This document shows, piece by piece, positions 20,762-30,463 of a DNA stretch of 64,000 nt (its first letter is position 1; the number at the start of each line of letters is the position of its first letter). Position numbers and translations under genes: made by a program. The DNA comes from Candidatus Magasanikiibacteriota bacterium. GTDB taxonomy: Bacteria; Patescibacteriota; Patescibacteriia; Magasanikbacterales; UBA922. The stretch lies in NCBI GenBank assembly GCA_021648085.1, contig JAKITS010000001.1, positions 388,948 to 452,947 of the forward strand. Reading direction: 5' to 3'. The notes below the pieces were generated by a model. The model did no database searches and was not told where the DNA came from. It saw only the letters and a program-made list of their open reading frames with translations.

Positions 20762-20920
20762 AGAACCTTTGGTAAATATATTACTATTACGAAATCTTCG
20801 AAATTTGAGTGAGACGAAAAGAAAAAATCTTTGCCCATCTTTAGCTTCGGAAATATTTTTTCTTGAAGTCGCAGCCAAATTTTGGAAATTGCAGTAAGTA
20901 ATATATTTACTAGAGGTTCT
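20762..20920. mobile_element. About 160-bp MITE/RPE-like element (family B), intergenic copy
   Basis: 24-bp terminal inverted repeats (agaacctttggtaaatatattact / agtaatatatttactagaggttct); core shared with 63017-63178. Confidence 0.75.
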
Positions 20921-20934
20921 ATAATAATAGATTT

Positions 20935-21747
20935 ATGTTCGAAACATTCGAAACACTCTCCCCTGTTTTGCAGGCACTCATTGGTGGGCTGTTTACTTGG
21001 GGAATTACAGCACTTGGCGCATCATTGGTTTTTATAGTTAGAAAACCAAACAAAAAATTATTAGACTTTATGCTTGGCTTTGCAGCTGGAGTTATGATAG
21101 CAGCTAGTTTTTGGTCACTACTCGCACCAGCTATAGAAATGTCAGCAGATAATTCTCTGCCAGAGTGGGCACCAGCAGCAATAGGCTTTTTCTTGGGAGC
21201 ATTACTTTTAAGACTTGTGGACAAACTACTTCCACATGTTCACATGGGTTTTAGTATGAAAGACGCGGAAGGTATTAAAACATCTTGGCACAAAACCACA
21301 CTTTTGGTTTTAGCAATAGTTATCCACAACATCCCAGAAGGTTTGGCTGTTGGAGTTGCTTTTGGTGCAGCAGCGATTGGATTTGGCTCTGCCACACTTG
21401 CTGGAGCAATAGCACTTACAATTGGAATTGGTTTGCAAAATTTTCCAGAAGGAACAGCAGTCGCAATGCCACTTCGCAGAGAAGGATTTTCCAGAAAAAA
21501 AAGTTTTATGTACGGACAACTCTCTGGAATGGTAGAGCCAATCTCCGCAGTTCTTGGAGCAAGCGTAATAATTCTTTTTAAACCACTACTCCCCTATGCC
21601 CTTGCGTTCGCTGCTGGAGCTATGATATTTGTGGTTGTAGAAGAAGTTATTCCAGAATCACAGCACGGAGGAAATGGAGATTTGGCAACCCTCGGAACAA
21701 TCACAGGATTTATACTTATGATGATTTTGGATGTTGGATTAGGATAA
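20935..21747 (+). CDS. ZIP family metal transporter (GufA/ZupT-like)
   Basis: FAAGVM, HNIPEGLAVG, QNFPEG, AFAAGAM, EVIPE. Confidence 0.95.
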   Translation: MFETFETLSPVLQALIGGLFTWGITALGASLVFIVRKPNKKLLDFMLGFAAGVMIAASFWSLLAPAIEMSADNSLPEWAPAAIGFFLGALLLRLVDKLLPHVHMGFSMKDAEGIKTSWHKTTLLVLAIVIHNIPEGLAVGVAFGAAAIGFGSATLAGAIALTIGIGLQNFPEGTAVAMPLRREGFSRKKSFMYGQLSGMVEPISAVLGASVIILFKPLLPYALAFAAGAMIFVVVEEVIPESQHGGNGDLATLGTITGFILMMILDVGLG

Positions 21748-21796
21748 TAGGAAGATGGATCACTTAAATTAGAAGAAGAAATAAAAAAATCACAGA

Positions 21797-21923
21797 TGTC
21801 ATCTTGAGTGGAACGCAGTGGAGTCGAAAGATCCCCGTGCAGTATCACTATTTATAATTTATTATACTTTCCCGAGATCCATTCGACTTCATTCCGCCCT
21901 GCTTCATTTCGCTCAGGATGACG
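21797..21923. repeat. REP-like doublet (family A)
   Basis: tgtcatcttgagt...gtcgaaagatcc / gagatccattcgac...gctcaggatgacg; spacer nearly identical to the 48742 copy. Confidence 0.9.
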
Positions 21924-21981
21924 TGCCACACCCTCCTCTTTTCCTACTTAGTCTGCCTAATTTACTTAATCGTTAATCTAC

Positions 21982-22527
21982 CTATCTTATATCAGTATTT
22001 GGAAGCATTTTTTGAATTTCAGCTATTTGCTCATCTGTTAGGTCTGTACTTTTTATATAAAGTATATTTAAATTCTTTAAATTTCCCAATTCATTTGGGT
22101 AAGTATCAATAAAATTTAAACCGAGTTGCAAAGTTTTCAAATTTTGTAATTGTCCAATCTCTGCTGGAATTCCAGTTAAATTATTATTAGAAGCAACTAG
22201 TATTCTCAATTTTGGCATTTGCCTAATCTCTGCAGGAAGTGCTGTAAGCTCATTGTTTCCAAGATAAAGCTCTTCCAAATTTATCAATTTACCAATTTCA
22301 GAAGGTAAACTTGTTAACTTATTATTAGTTAAATCCAAAACTTTTAATTTTGTGTCATTCAAAATTTCTTGTGGAATTTCTGTTAAATTTTGATTAGACA
22401 GATCTACAGAATTTGAATAAGGTCCATTTTCATCTGTCTGAAACCTTCCTCCGTAAGCCATAAACAACATTCCTGCGATAAACACAATTATAACTATAAC
22501 CGCCACTATTATTATTTTACCTTGCAT
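21982..22527 (-). CDS. Membrane-anchored leucine-rich repeat protein
   Basis: N-terminal TM then 23-aa LxxLxLxxNxLTxLPxEIGxL repeats. Confidence 0.92.
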   Translation of the reverse strand: MQGKIIIVAVIVIIVFIAGMLFMAYGGRFQTDENGPYSNSVDLSNQNLTEIPQEILNDTKLKVLDLTNNKLTSLPSEIGKLINLEELYLGNNELTALPAEIRQMPKLRILVASNNNLTGIPAEIGQLQNLKTLQLGLNFIDTYPNELGNLKNLNILYIKSTDLTDEQIAEIQKMLPNTDIR

Positions 22528-22573
22528 ATTTTTTTAAATTTTATGTTAATATACCTTTATACTAACATAAAAT

Positions 22574-23299
22574 ATGCTAAAAATAGAAGAGCGGCTCATA
22601 GTTTCTGCAGATTTTAGCCCAAAAGATTTTGGAGGCTTGAAAGGTGTCGAAAAAGAAATTTTATCACTTGCAAAAGATTTAGAAGGTTTGGGAGTTTATA
22701 TAAAAGTAAATTCTGCTTTGCGAGCGATTGGTTATGATTTAATTACACAATTGCACAATTTGGGATTGAAAGTTTTTGCAGATTTAAAATTAAACGATAT
22801 TCCAAAAACAATGCAAACCGACGCAGAACTTTTGGCAGAATTTAAACCAGAAATTTTGACTGTAATGTGTTCTTCTGGGGTAGACGGTATGAATGCTGTT
22901 CAGCAAGTTTTGGGAGACATCACAGAAATTTTAGGTGTCACAGTTCTTACAAGTTTAGATGAAGAAAATTGCCAATCTGTTTTCGCTTGCACATCAGAGC
23001 AAGGTGTTGTAAACTTTGCAAAAATGGCAAAGCGCGCTGGTCTTGGTGGAATTATATTATCACCAAAAGAAGCTCAACTTGTAAAACAGCTTAATTTAGG
23101 ATTAAGCCTAAACACTCCCGGGGTTAGACCTTTGTTTACAATTGTAAAAAATGATGATCAAGCTAGAATTAACACACCCACAAAAGCACTTCAAAGCGGT
23201 GCGGATAGACTTGTAATTGGTAGGCCAATTACTCAATCCAAAAACCCAAAAGAAGCAGTTCTAAAAATTTTAGAAGAAATACGAGAAGCAAAAAAATAG
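22574..23299 (+). CDS. pyrF: Orotidine-5'-phosphate decarboxylase
   Basis: FADLKLNDIPKT, VTVLTS, TPGVR, DQAR, VIGRPIT. Confidence 0.95.
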   Translation: MLKIEERLIVSADFSPKDFGGLKGVEKEILSLAKDLEGLGVYIKVNSALRAIGYDLITQLHNLGLKVFADLKLNDIPKTMQTDAELLAEFKPEILTVMCSSGVDGMNAVQQVLGDITEILGVTVLTSLDEENCQSVFACTSEQGVVNFAKMAKRAGLGGIILSPKEAQLVKQLNLGLSLNTPGVRPLFTIVKNDDQARINTPTKALQSGADRLVIGRPITQSKNPKEAVLKILEEIREAKK

Positions 23300-23310
23300 C
23301 AGATTATCCA

Positions 23311-23441
23311 TGCCATATTGAACAAAATAAAACGAAGTCAAAATATCTTGAAAACATGTAATCAGAACTGTGAATATTTGAGGTTCTAATTATTCTGTAT
23401 CGAGATCCATTCGACTCCGTTTCACTCCGCTCAGGATGACG
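23311..23441. repeat. REP-like doublet (family A), left arm decayed
   Basis: tgccatattgaac...aaatatctt / gagatccattcgactcc...gctcaggatgacg. Confidence 0.8.
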
Positions 23442-23485
23442 TGTGTGGTTTTCCTTTTATTTTTTATCTCATGTTTTTTGTTCTA

Positions 23486-23578
23486 ATCCAAGCGAAGCGA
23501 TCGATCAAGAAAAGCGAAGCTTTTCGATTCATCAAAGTAAACAAAGTTTACTGATTTATCAAGCGCTAGCGATCCATC
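23486..23578. repeat. Cluster of ATC-flanked mini-hairpins (family D); related copy 17991-18045
   Basis: aagcgaagcgatcgatc, aaaagcgaagctttt, gtaaacaaagtttac, aagcgctagcgatccatc. Confidence 0.55.
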
Positions 23579-23623
23579 ATTTTCTAAAAAAATAAAGACA
23601 TCCAAAACGGATATCTTTTTTAT

Positions 23624-24523
23624 TTATGTTGTTTTTTCAACAACTGTTTCCAAAAATTTACTAAGCTTTTTCTGTTTTTCTTTAGCTCTTTTTTGGTTTT
23701 CTTCGTGAGAATGTTTTTCGCTAGCAGTATTTGTCACAAAACCAAGTCCTAAAACTTTTACACCATTCCACAAACTTGCTATAGATAATTCAGGCGTTAA
23801 ACTCATTCCAACAACATCAGCGTCTCTCGCTAATATCTCTTTATCTTTTTTTCTACCTTCAAAAAATGGTCCACGAACCATAACATGTGTGACAGCTGGA
23901 ACAATTGGTAAAATACCAAAACATTTAATAACAATCTGCTCTCGCCATTTATCATCTAAAGAGTCTTCTGGGGAGCCAAATTCTCCACCATATCCAGGTA
24001 AAATACTTTGGACATAAAGCGTTACAATAGATTTAATAGTCACAACATCTCCAACACCAATTTGTCTTCTAGAAGGTGTAGTCGCACCAGTCAAACTTCC
24101 CACAGCACAGGTGACAATTAAATTCTTTACACCAAATCTAAGCAACATATCGACTTGAAGACGAACCATTGCTTTGAAAGTACTCAAATCTCCAGGATCT
24201 TCATTTAAGTGAATTCTTCCACTCAATGCCAAAATATTTTTAGCACCAAACTGACCGTATAGAAGTTTTCTTGAATGACCTTCTATTTTTTCAAGATTAT
24301 AAAGAGTTTCAAAGCCAGGAATTCTACCAAGTTTCAATTCTTGAAAATTATCCGTATCAAAAGTTTCACCCCAACCAGTTCCCAAAATTATAGAGGTATT
24401 AATATCTCCAAGAATAATTTCATCGGTTTTTCTATTCATTCTATCTGCAGAAATACCAAAATATTCTTCTATAAATTTAACCGCATCACAAGCTCGCTCT
24501 TCTGCACTTTTATTCCTTTTCAT
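23624..24523 (-). CDS. Purine nucleoside phosphorylase family (PNP/XapA-like), divergent
   Basis: ILGTG, GH, GRIH.NE, TCAVGSL, GPFFE, DVVGMS..PE, VTN; AAGGAGGT SD fixes the start at 24523. Confidence 0.85.
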   Translation of the reverse strand: MKRNKSAEERACDAVKFIEEYFGISADRMNRKTDEIILGDINTSIILGTGWGETFDTDNFQELKLGRIPGFETLYNLEKIEGHSRKLLYGQFGAKNILALSGRIHLNEDPGDLSTFKAMVRLQVDMLLRFGVKNLIVTCAVGSLTGATTPSRRQIGVGDVVTIKSIVTLYVQSILPGYGGEFGSPEDSLDDKWREQIVIKCFGILPIVPAVTHVMVRGPFFEGRKKDKEILARDADVVGMSLTPELSIASLWNGVKVLGLGFVTNTASEKHSHEENQKRAKEKQKKLSKFLETVVEKTT

Positions 24524-24534
24524 CACACCTCCTT

Positions 24535-24547
24535 TTGTAAAAGAACA
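24535..24547 (-). promoter_or_regulatory. boxA-like motif abutting the SD
   Basis: TGTTCTTTTACAA-AAGGAGGTGTG-ATG. Confidence 0.6.
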
Positions 24548-24645
24548 GTTTAAAAATAACTTATTCACAGTTTGCTGTCAAACAAAATGCAAAAAATTTT
24601 AAAATATGCTATAATTAAATAAAATTATCTTCTTTAAGCCTGTCT

Positions 24646-26016
24646 ATGTTTAAAAATATAAAGATAAGTACAAAACTTATTTTATTCTTCCTTTTTGTCA
24701 CTATAATTCCTACTATTTTAATTGCATTATTTTCTTTTAACACTTCTTCAAAAGCACTACTAAACGAACATTTATTAAATGAAGGTCTGGATGTGGAAAA
24801 GTCTATGATAGGTATAAACACTCTTTTAAAGCACTTTGAAATGGATGTTTTAATATTAAAAGATCTCACGACATTCCAAGATCTTTTAAATACAGATTTC
24901 CTATCTCCAACAAGCACAATAAAACAAAAAATATCTACAGATTTCTTAAATTTTACCAAAAAACACGACTTTTATTATCAAGTAAGATATTTAGACGAAA
25001 CCGGTCAAGAAATAATAAGAATAGAGCAAACAGATTTATACAAACAACCTTTTTTAGTTTCAGAAGAAAATCTACAAAACAAATCGGCTAGATATTATTT
25101 TAAAGATACAATGAAACTAGCAGAAAATAAACTTTTCGTATCAAAGTTAGACTTAAATATTGAGCGCGGAGAGATAGAAAATAGAGGCACAAAAGAAAAT
25201 CCAAAATATGTACCCACACTTCGTCTTGCAATTCCAGTTTTCAATGATAATGGAAACAGAAAAGGAATTATAATTACAAATATATATGCCGATATATTTT
25301 TAAAGATACTTGAAGAAAAACAATTCAATCACGCAAAAAATAAAGCCAAAAAGAAACTTTTTCTTGTAAATAAAGATGGCTACTTTTTGCACAATGAAAA
25401 CAAAACCTTAAATTGGGGTTTTATGTTTGATAATAATAATACTATTTTCAACATATCTCCTTCTATTGCCGAGTCATTATACAGAAAAAATAAAGGGCAG
25501 TTTTACGATAAAAATTCAAAAAGTTATATAACTTTTGAAAATATCTCAATAAAAAATCAACAAAATTTAACGGATTCTGTGTTTAATCCAGATGAAGGTT
25601 ATTGGGTTTTATATTCACAAGTTCAAAAAAAAGATTTATTTAAACCTATTCTAGACACAATACTTTACACCACAATTATTATAATTCTAATTGTACTTTT
25701 TACCATTATTCTTGCGTTTTTTCTTGGAAGATCTATCACAAAACCAATACACAGATTAATAACAGATATTCAAATAATAAAAGAAGGAAACCTAAAACAC
25801 AAAGTACACATCACAGGAAAAGACGAGCTTGGACAGCTTGGAAAAGCTATAAATGATTTACGAAGCCGTTTAAACAAAACAAAAAGACACACAGAAAGAA
25901 AAATATCAAAACGCACAGAAGAGTTAGACAAACTAAACAACTTCTTGATGGGGCGAGAACTAAAAATGATTAAAATGAAAGAAAAACTTAAAAAAATAAA
26001 AAAGGAAGATAAATAA
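24646..26016 (+). CDS. Cache + HAMP membrane sensor without output domain
   Basis: TM, YYQVRYLDETGQE, QNKSARYYF, TM, HAMP (KDELGQL), ends GRELKMIKMKE. Confidence 0.85.
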   Translation: MFKNIKISTKLILFFLFVTIIPTILIALFSFNTSSKALLNEHLLNEGLDVEKSMIGINTLLKHFEMDVLILKDLTTFQDLLNTDFLSPTSTIKQKISTDFLNFTKKHDFYYQVRYLDETGQEIIRIEQTDLYKQPFLVSEENLQNKSARYYFKDTMKLAENKLFVSKLDLNIERGEIENRGTKENPKYVPTLRLAIPVFNDNGNRKGIIITNIYADIFLKILEEKQFNHAKNKAKKKLFLVNKDGYFLHNENKTLNWGFMFDNNNTIFNISPSIAESLYRKNKGQFYDKNSKSYITFENISIKNQQNLTDSVFNPDEGYWVLYSQVQKKDLFKPILDTILYTTIIIILIVLFTIILAFFLGRSITKPIHRLITDIQIIKEGNLKHKVHITGKDELGQLGKAINDLRSRLNKTKRHTERKISKRTEELDKLNNFLMGRELKMIKMKEKLKKIKKEDK

Positions 26017-26023
26017 AATTTTT

Positions 26024-28411
26024 ATGAAATTTTCTATAAAAACAAAAGTGGTTTCATTAATAACACTATCCATTTTAATAGTTGGCTCTATTTCAATTTA
26101 TTTTGTGTTTACAAAAATAAACATATCATTACAAAAAGAAAACATAGAACAACTTAAAGTACTCTCTCTCACAGAAGCGTCCGAGATAGAAAATACAATA
26201 TCCAATATACACAAAGTGTCGACCTCTATCTCCGAAAATAAAGAAATAGTGCAATATATGAATTCCGAAGAAAGAGAGGTACAAAGAGAAGATATTAGAA
26301 AAATACTAAATCACTACAACATAAAATCATTTTATTATGCAACAGCAATACTCGATTTAGACGGAGAAGTTATAGTGTCCACAGATGAGATTTTTTTAGG
26401 AAAAAATTATAGTTTTAGAGATTATTTTCAAAAAGCCATAAAAGGAGAACGCTATACTGATATTGCACTTGGAGCAACTAGTAAACAATTTGGTTATTAT
26501 TTTTCAAACCCAATCAAAAAACCCGATGGAACCATACTTGGAGTTGTATTAATAAAAGCCAGACCAAGCACAATAGAATCCACACTATACGAAGTAAAAG
26601 CAACAATGGAAGACAAAATGATAGTAGATAATAATGGTATAATTTTATACTCTACACACAAAAATAGAACTCTTGCAAGCCTTGGAAAGCTTACAGAAGA
26701 ACAGTTTGAATCTGAGAAAACAAAACGCTTTCCAAACTTAGAAAAAAAGGAACTAGATTATGATGTTGTACAAAAAGAAATAAAAAATACAAAAATACAA
26801 AAAATATTCGACCTATACGACGAAAAAGACGAAGAACATGAATATTTGACAATTACAAAAATAAATAATTCACCATTATTTCTTGTTTTCGAGCTTGAAC
26901 AAGGAGAATTTTCCTCTTCTTTTGCAAGTTTAGCCAAGGATATTTCAATAATTGGACTTCTTACTCTTATTATAATAGCACTACTAATATCGCTAATTCT
27001 GTCGGCTAGTATACGACCACTTAGAGATATAAATGAATTTGCAAAGCGTATAGCAGAAGGAGATTATAATGTAAAAATTTCTATAAAAAAGACAGCCGGA
27101 AACGAACTTTTTGAAATTGCAAAAAATTTGAATAAAATGACCATAAAAATTAAAACTTCAAGAAAAGACATTGAAAGAAAAATAGCAGAACAAACAAAAA
27201 AAATATCCAAAAATAGCAGAGCTTTAGAAATTAAACAAACAGCCCTTATAAATGTTTTGGAAGATGTCGAAGACGAAAAAGATAGAAGTGAAAAATTTGC
27301 AAATGAATTAGAAAAATTCAAACTTGCCACTGACCATGCATCGGATATGGTGACAATTTCAGATGAACAAGGGAAACTTTTATATGTAAACAGTGCTACC
27401 GAATATATGACTGGATACAAAAAAGAATATATTTTAGATAAAAAACATAACACAAGATGGTTTTCAGAAATAAGTCAAAAACAAAATATCAAAAAAATAG
27501 TAAAGGAACTACAAAAAAATAAAAAACCAACTTACAAAGAAATAATAATAAAAACAAAAGAAGATGAAAAAATAGTTTTAGGTCTAAAATTTTCACCAAT
27601 TTTAGATAAACACAAAAAACTAATATTTCTTGTTGGAATAGGAAGAGATATCACAAAAGAAAAAGAAATTGACAGATCCAAAAGCGAGTTTGTTTCTGTA
27701 GCATCTCACCAATTAAGGACACCTCTATCTACAATAAATTGGTACACAGAATTATTATTATCCAAAGATACTGGAAAACTAAACGAAGAGCAGGAAGACT
27801 ATATACAAGAAATAAGAAAGGATAATAAACAAATGACTAAACTAGTTGAATCATTGTTAAATGTATCTAAAATTGACCTTGGAACTTTTGTTGTTGAGCC
27901 AAAGACTGCAAACATTACAACAATTGCAGACCATGCGATAAAAGAACTACGACTTAAGATGGAAAAACAAGGTATCAAATTTACAAAAAAATATGACACC
28001 TCTCTTCCAAAACGAATGAAGCTGGATCCTCAACTGACACATATGATATTCCAAAACTTACTCTCAAATGCTATAAAATACACAGAAAGAAAAGGAAAAA
28101 TTAGTCTAAATATAAAAAAGAGAGAGAAAGATATAGAAATAATAGTTTCAGACTCTGGAATTGGTATTCCAAAAAGAGACCAAGATAAAATATTTACAAA
28201 ACTATTTAGAGCCAGAAATGCAAAAATAAAACACACAAAAGGAGTTGGTTTAGGGCTTTACATCATAAAATCAATTATAGATAACATAGATGGGAAAATT
28301 TGGTTTAAATCTCAACTTAAAAAAGGAAGTACATTCTACGCAACAATCCCCCTAAAAGGAATGCGTAAGGGGGGGGGGTGGAATAAAAAAAGAAAGAAAA
28401 AAATAATATAA
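26024..28411 (+). CDS. Sensor histidine kinase (dCache-HAMP-PAS-HisKA-HATPase)
   Basis: YSFRDYF, ASHQLRTPL, NLLSNAIKYT, DSGIGI, GVGLGL. Confidence 0.95.
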   Translation: MKFSIKTKVVSLITLSILIVGSISIYFVFTKINISLQKENIEQLKVLSLTEASEIENTISNIHKVSTSISENKEIVQYMNSEEREVQREDIRKILNHYNIKSFYYATAILDLDGEVIVSTDEIFLGKNYSFRDYFQKAIKGERYTDIALGATSKQFGYYFSNPIKKPDGTILGVVLIKARPSTIESTLYEVKATMEDKMIVDNNGIILYSTHKNRTLASLGKLTEEQFESEKTKRFPNLEKKELDYDVVQKEIKNTKIQKIFDLYDEKDEEHEYLTITKINNSPLFLVFELEQGEFSSSFASLAKDISIIGLLTLIIIALLISLILSASIRPLRDINEFAKRIAEGDYNVKISIKKTAGNELFEIAKNLNKMTIKIKTSRKDIERKIAEQTKKISKNSRALEIKQTALINVLEDVEDEKDRSEKFANELEKFKLATDHASDMVTISDEQGKLLYVNSATEYMTGYKKEYILDKKHNTRWFSEISQKQNIKKIVKELQKNKKPTYKEIIIKTKEDEKIVLGLKFSPILDKHKKLIFLVGIGRDITKEKEIDRSKSEFVSVASHQLRTPLSTINWYTELLLSKDTGKLNEEQEDYIQEIRKDNKQMTKLVESLLNVSKIDLGTFVVEPKTANITTIADHAIKELRLKMEKQGIKFTKKYDTSLPKRMKLDPQLTHMIFQNLLSNAIKYTERKGKISLNIKKREKDIEIIVSDSGIGIPKRDQDKIFTKLFRARNAKIKHTKGVGLGLYIIKSIIDNIDGKIWFKSQLKKGSTFYATIPLKGMRKGGGWNKKRKKKII

Positions 28412-28459
28412 AAATTAAAAAAACTGTGAATATTCACAGTTTTTTTAATTTTTATATTA
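28404..28459. terminator. 56-bp perfect palindrome, probable bidirectional terminator
   Basis: taatataaaaattaaaaaaactgtgaat|attcacagtttttttaatttttatatta between convergent genes. Confidence 0.65.
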
Positions 28460-28509
28460 AGCCTTGTGCAAACCCAACAAATATCTTGAATAACATTTTT
28501 TATTTTTAT

Positions 28510-28547
28510 TATATTGAGCTGAACTGAGTGGAATCGAAATATCCTCG
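28510..28547. repeat. Single degenerate family A arm
   Basis: tatattgagctgaactgagtggaatcgaaatatcctcg. Confidence 0.6.
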
Positions 28548-28688
28548 CAGAGTGTCACAAAATATAAATAATAATAAATATAAGTGTTAAGTTCTTCCAA
28601 CTGTTATCTCCACTCTCTACTCCCTAAATATTTCTTCCTGTCATCTCTACAGCTTGATTTGGGATATATGGTTTATATCATCTTTTTT

Positions 28689-30338
28689 TTATACAACAGA
28701 ATATTCTGACCCAAATTCAGCTTCTGCTACCACTTCTGACCCACTTTTTTTACCAATAAATATGGATATATCAGAGCCTTTTCCATAAGCTTTTGGAGCT
28801 GTAATATTTATAATATCCCCTATCGTTAGACTTTTTTCTTTTTGAAGACTTTTACTACTAACAGCCTCCGAAAAAGAATCCCTAAAAACCCCTTGATCAA
28901 CACTTGCAAAGCCTTCAACAGAAGTAATTATATTAGGAAACTCAAACTTTTTAAATCTTCTCTTTTCAGATTGTTTTTTTAATTCTGCCAATATATTTTC
29001 CGCCAAACCATAAGTATCGCAACCTCCCAAAATTATCGTCATATCTTCCAAACTTTCTTTAGCTTTCACTCTTTCCAATAAAACCTTTGCAAATTCTTTT
29101 GCTGTAATAATCTCTTTATTATTCAATTGAAAAAAATCCTTACTTGAATGAGCATCGATAAAAATAGTTGTACTCCCCTTACTTTCTGCTATAGACTTTT
29201 TAAAAACCTCCTCCATTCCTTCAGCTTTACTAAATCCTATAATATTTTTTACACCAAAATCTTCGCCCATCTTTTGATATCTTGGTGCTTCTCTTGAAAT
29301 ATCATCGCCAAACCTTTTATCATGTCCTGCTACAAAAATTAAATTTTTAGTATCTTCACTAAGAATTTTTATATTAGAAAAAATTTCTTGCTTTTCTGCT
29401 AATTCTTTTATTATTTCTGCATTACTTCTCTCATCTCCAGATTTTTTTGTGTCAATAGAAATTTTAATCAAAGAATAAGACTGAGCCAAGTCCAAATCAA
29501 ACTCTTCAGATTGCAAAACAGCTCTAACCTCATCGCCATCTAAAACCTGCTTAAATTTAGCTGTTTTTTCTTGTGCAGACCACTCAGGATTATGTTTAAT
29601 ACCAAAAGCTATACTTTTCACATCTTTTGCAAACAATCTTGGGTCTATCTCTTCTTTTGAAATTTCACCAGACTTTGGTAGAAAATTTTTGGCGAGTGTC
29701 TCAAAATGATGTTCTTGTAAACCACCATAAATAGAAGACTTTTCCATAGAATTTTCTGGATTTATAAAATCCTTATATTTTCCTTTTTCTATCAAACGAT
29801 CATAAAAAAAATCTTGAGCTCTAGATTTACTCAAAACTCGATATAGCTTACTAGCTAAAATTCTGTGATCTCCGCCATCGACTCCTAAATCTATCATTTC
29901 GTCTAACTCCTTTAAATTCGTATCGTCCAATAAAAACTCTGTCATTGCTGTGTTTAGTGCAATCTTTTTTTCAAAAGAACTTAAACCTTCTTCCATATTA
30001 ACCAGCTGTTTTATATCATTTAATTTGCCTTCTAATTTTCCTACATACTCGTTGTATCTATCTAGATTACCGTTTTCTTTTGCTTCAGACTGTCCAGAAT
30101 CCTGATCTTCGCCAGAGCCTCTATCTATTCCAGCCCACATAGCCCCACCAACGGCAACAAGACCTAAAATTCCAGCTAGAATTTTTTTAGCTTTATGTTT
30201 TCTGAATTGTTCTGCGTATTCTTTATCCAAATTATCTTCCAATTCTTCCTGCTCAAATCTTTTCTTTTCCTCTTCTTTTTGTGTAAATTTTTCCCTATCT
30301 TCTTGTGGTACAAAATTACCTTCACGATTTTCTCCCAT
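28689..30338 (-). CDS. Hypothetical single-pass membrane protein
   Basis: 549-aa ORF, one TM near residue 55; C-terminal region with IDAHS and LGGCDT. Confidence 0.75.
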   Translation of the reverse strand: MGENREGNFVPQEDREKFTQKEEEKKRFEQEELEDNLDKEYAEQFRKHKAKKILAGILGLVAVGGAMWAGIDRGSGEDQDSGQSEAKENGNLDRYNEYVGKLEGKLNDIKQLVNMEEGLSSFEKKIALNTAMTEFLLDDTNLKELDEMIDLGVDGGDHRILASKLYRVLSKSRAQDFFYDRLIEKGKYKDFINPENSMEKSSIYGGLQEHHFETLAKNFLPKSGEISKEEIDPRLFAKDVKSIAFGIKHNPEWSAQEKTAKFKQVLDGDEVRAVLQSEEFDLDLAQSYSLIKISIDTKKSGDERSNAEIIKELAEKQEIFSNIKILSEDTKNLIFVAGHDKRFGDDISREAPRYQKMGEDFGVKNIIGFSKAEGMEEVFKKSIAESKGSTTIFIDAHSSKDFFQLNNKEIITAKEFAKVLLERVKAKESLEDMTIILGGCDTYGLAENILAELKKQSEKRRFKKFEFPNIITSVEGFASVDQGVFRDSFSEAVSSKSLQKEKSLTIGDIINITAPKAYGKGSDISIFIGKKSGSEVVAEAEFGSEYSVV

Positions 30339-30463
30339 ATTTTTATTTTTTATATTTTATAGTTATATAATATAAGTTTTTTAGACAAACATCAAATTTA
30401 CAGTTGTTTCTTTTTTAAAAAATATGATACCATTAAAAGGCTAGCGTTTCATAAAAAAATATT

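Noticed and set aside
20696-20897. Small ORFs on both strands (also 16056-16241, 19581-19769, 21594-21848, 48864-49049)
   Set aside because: They are translations of palindromic repeat elements
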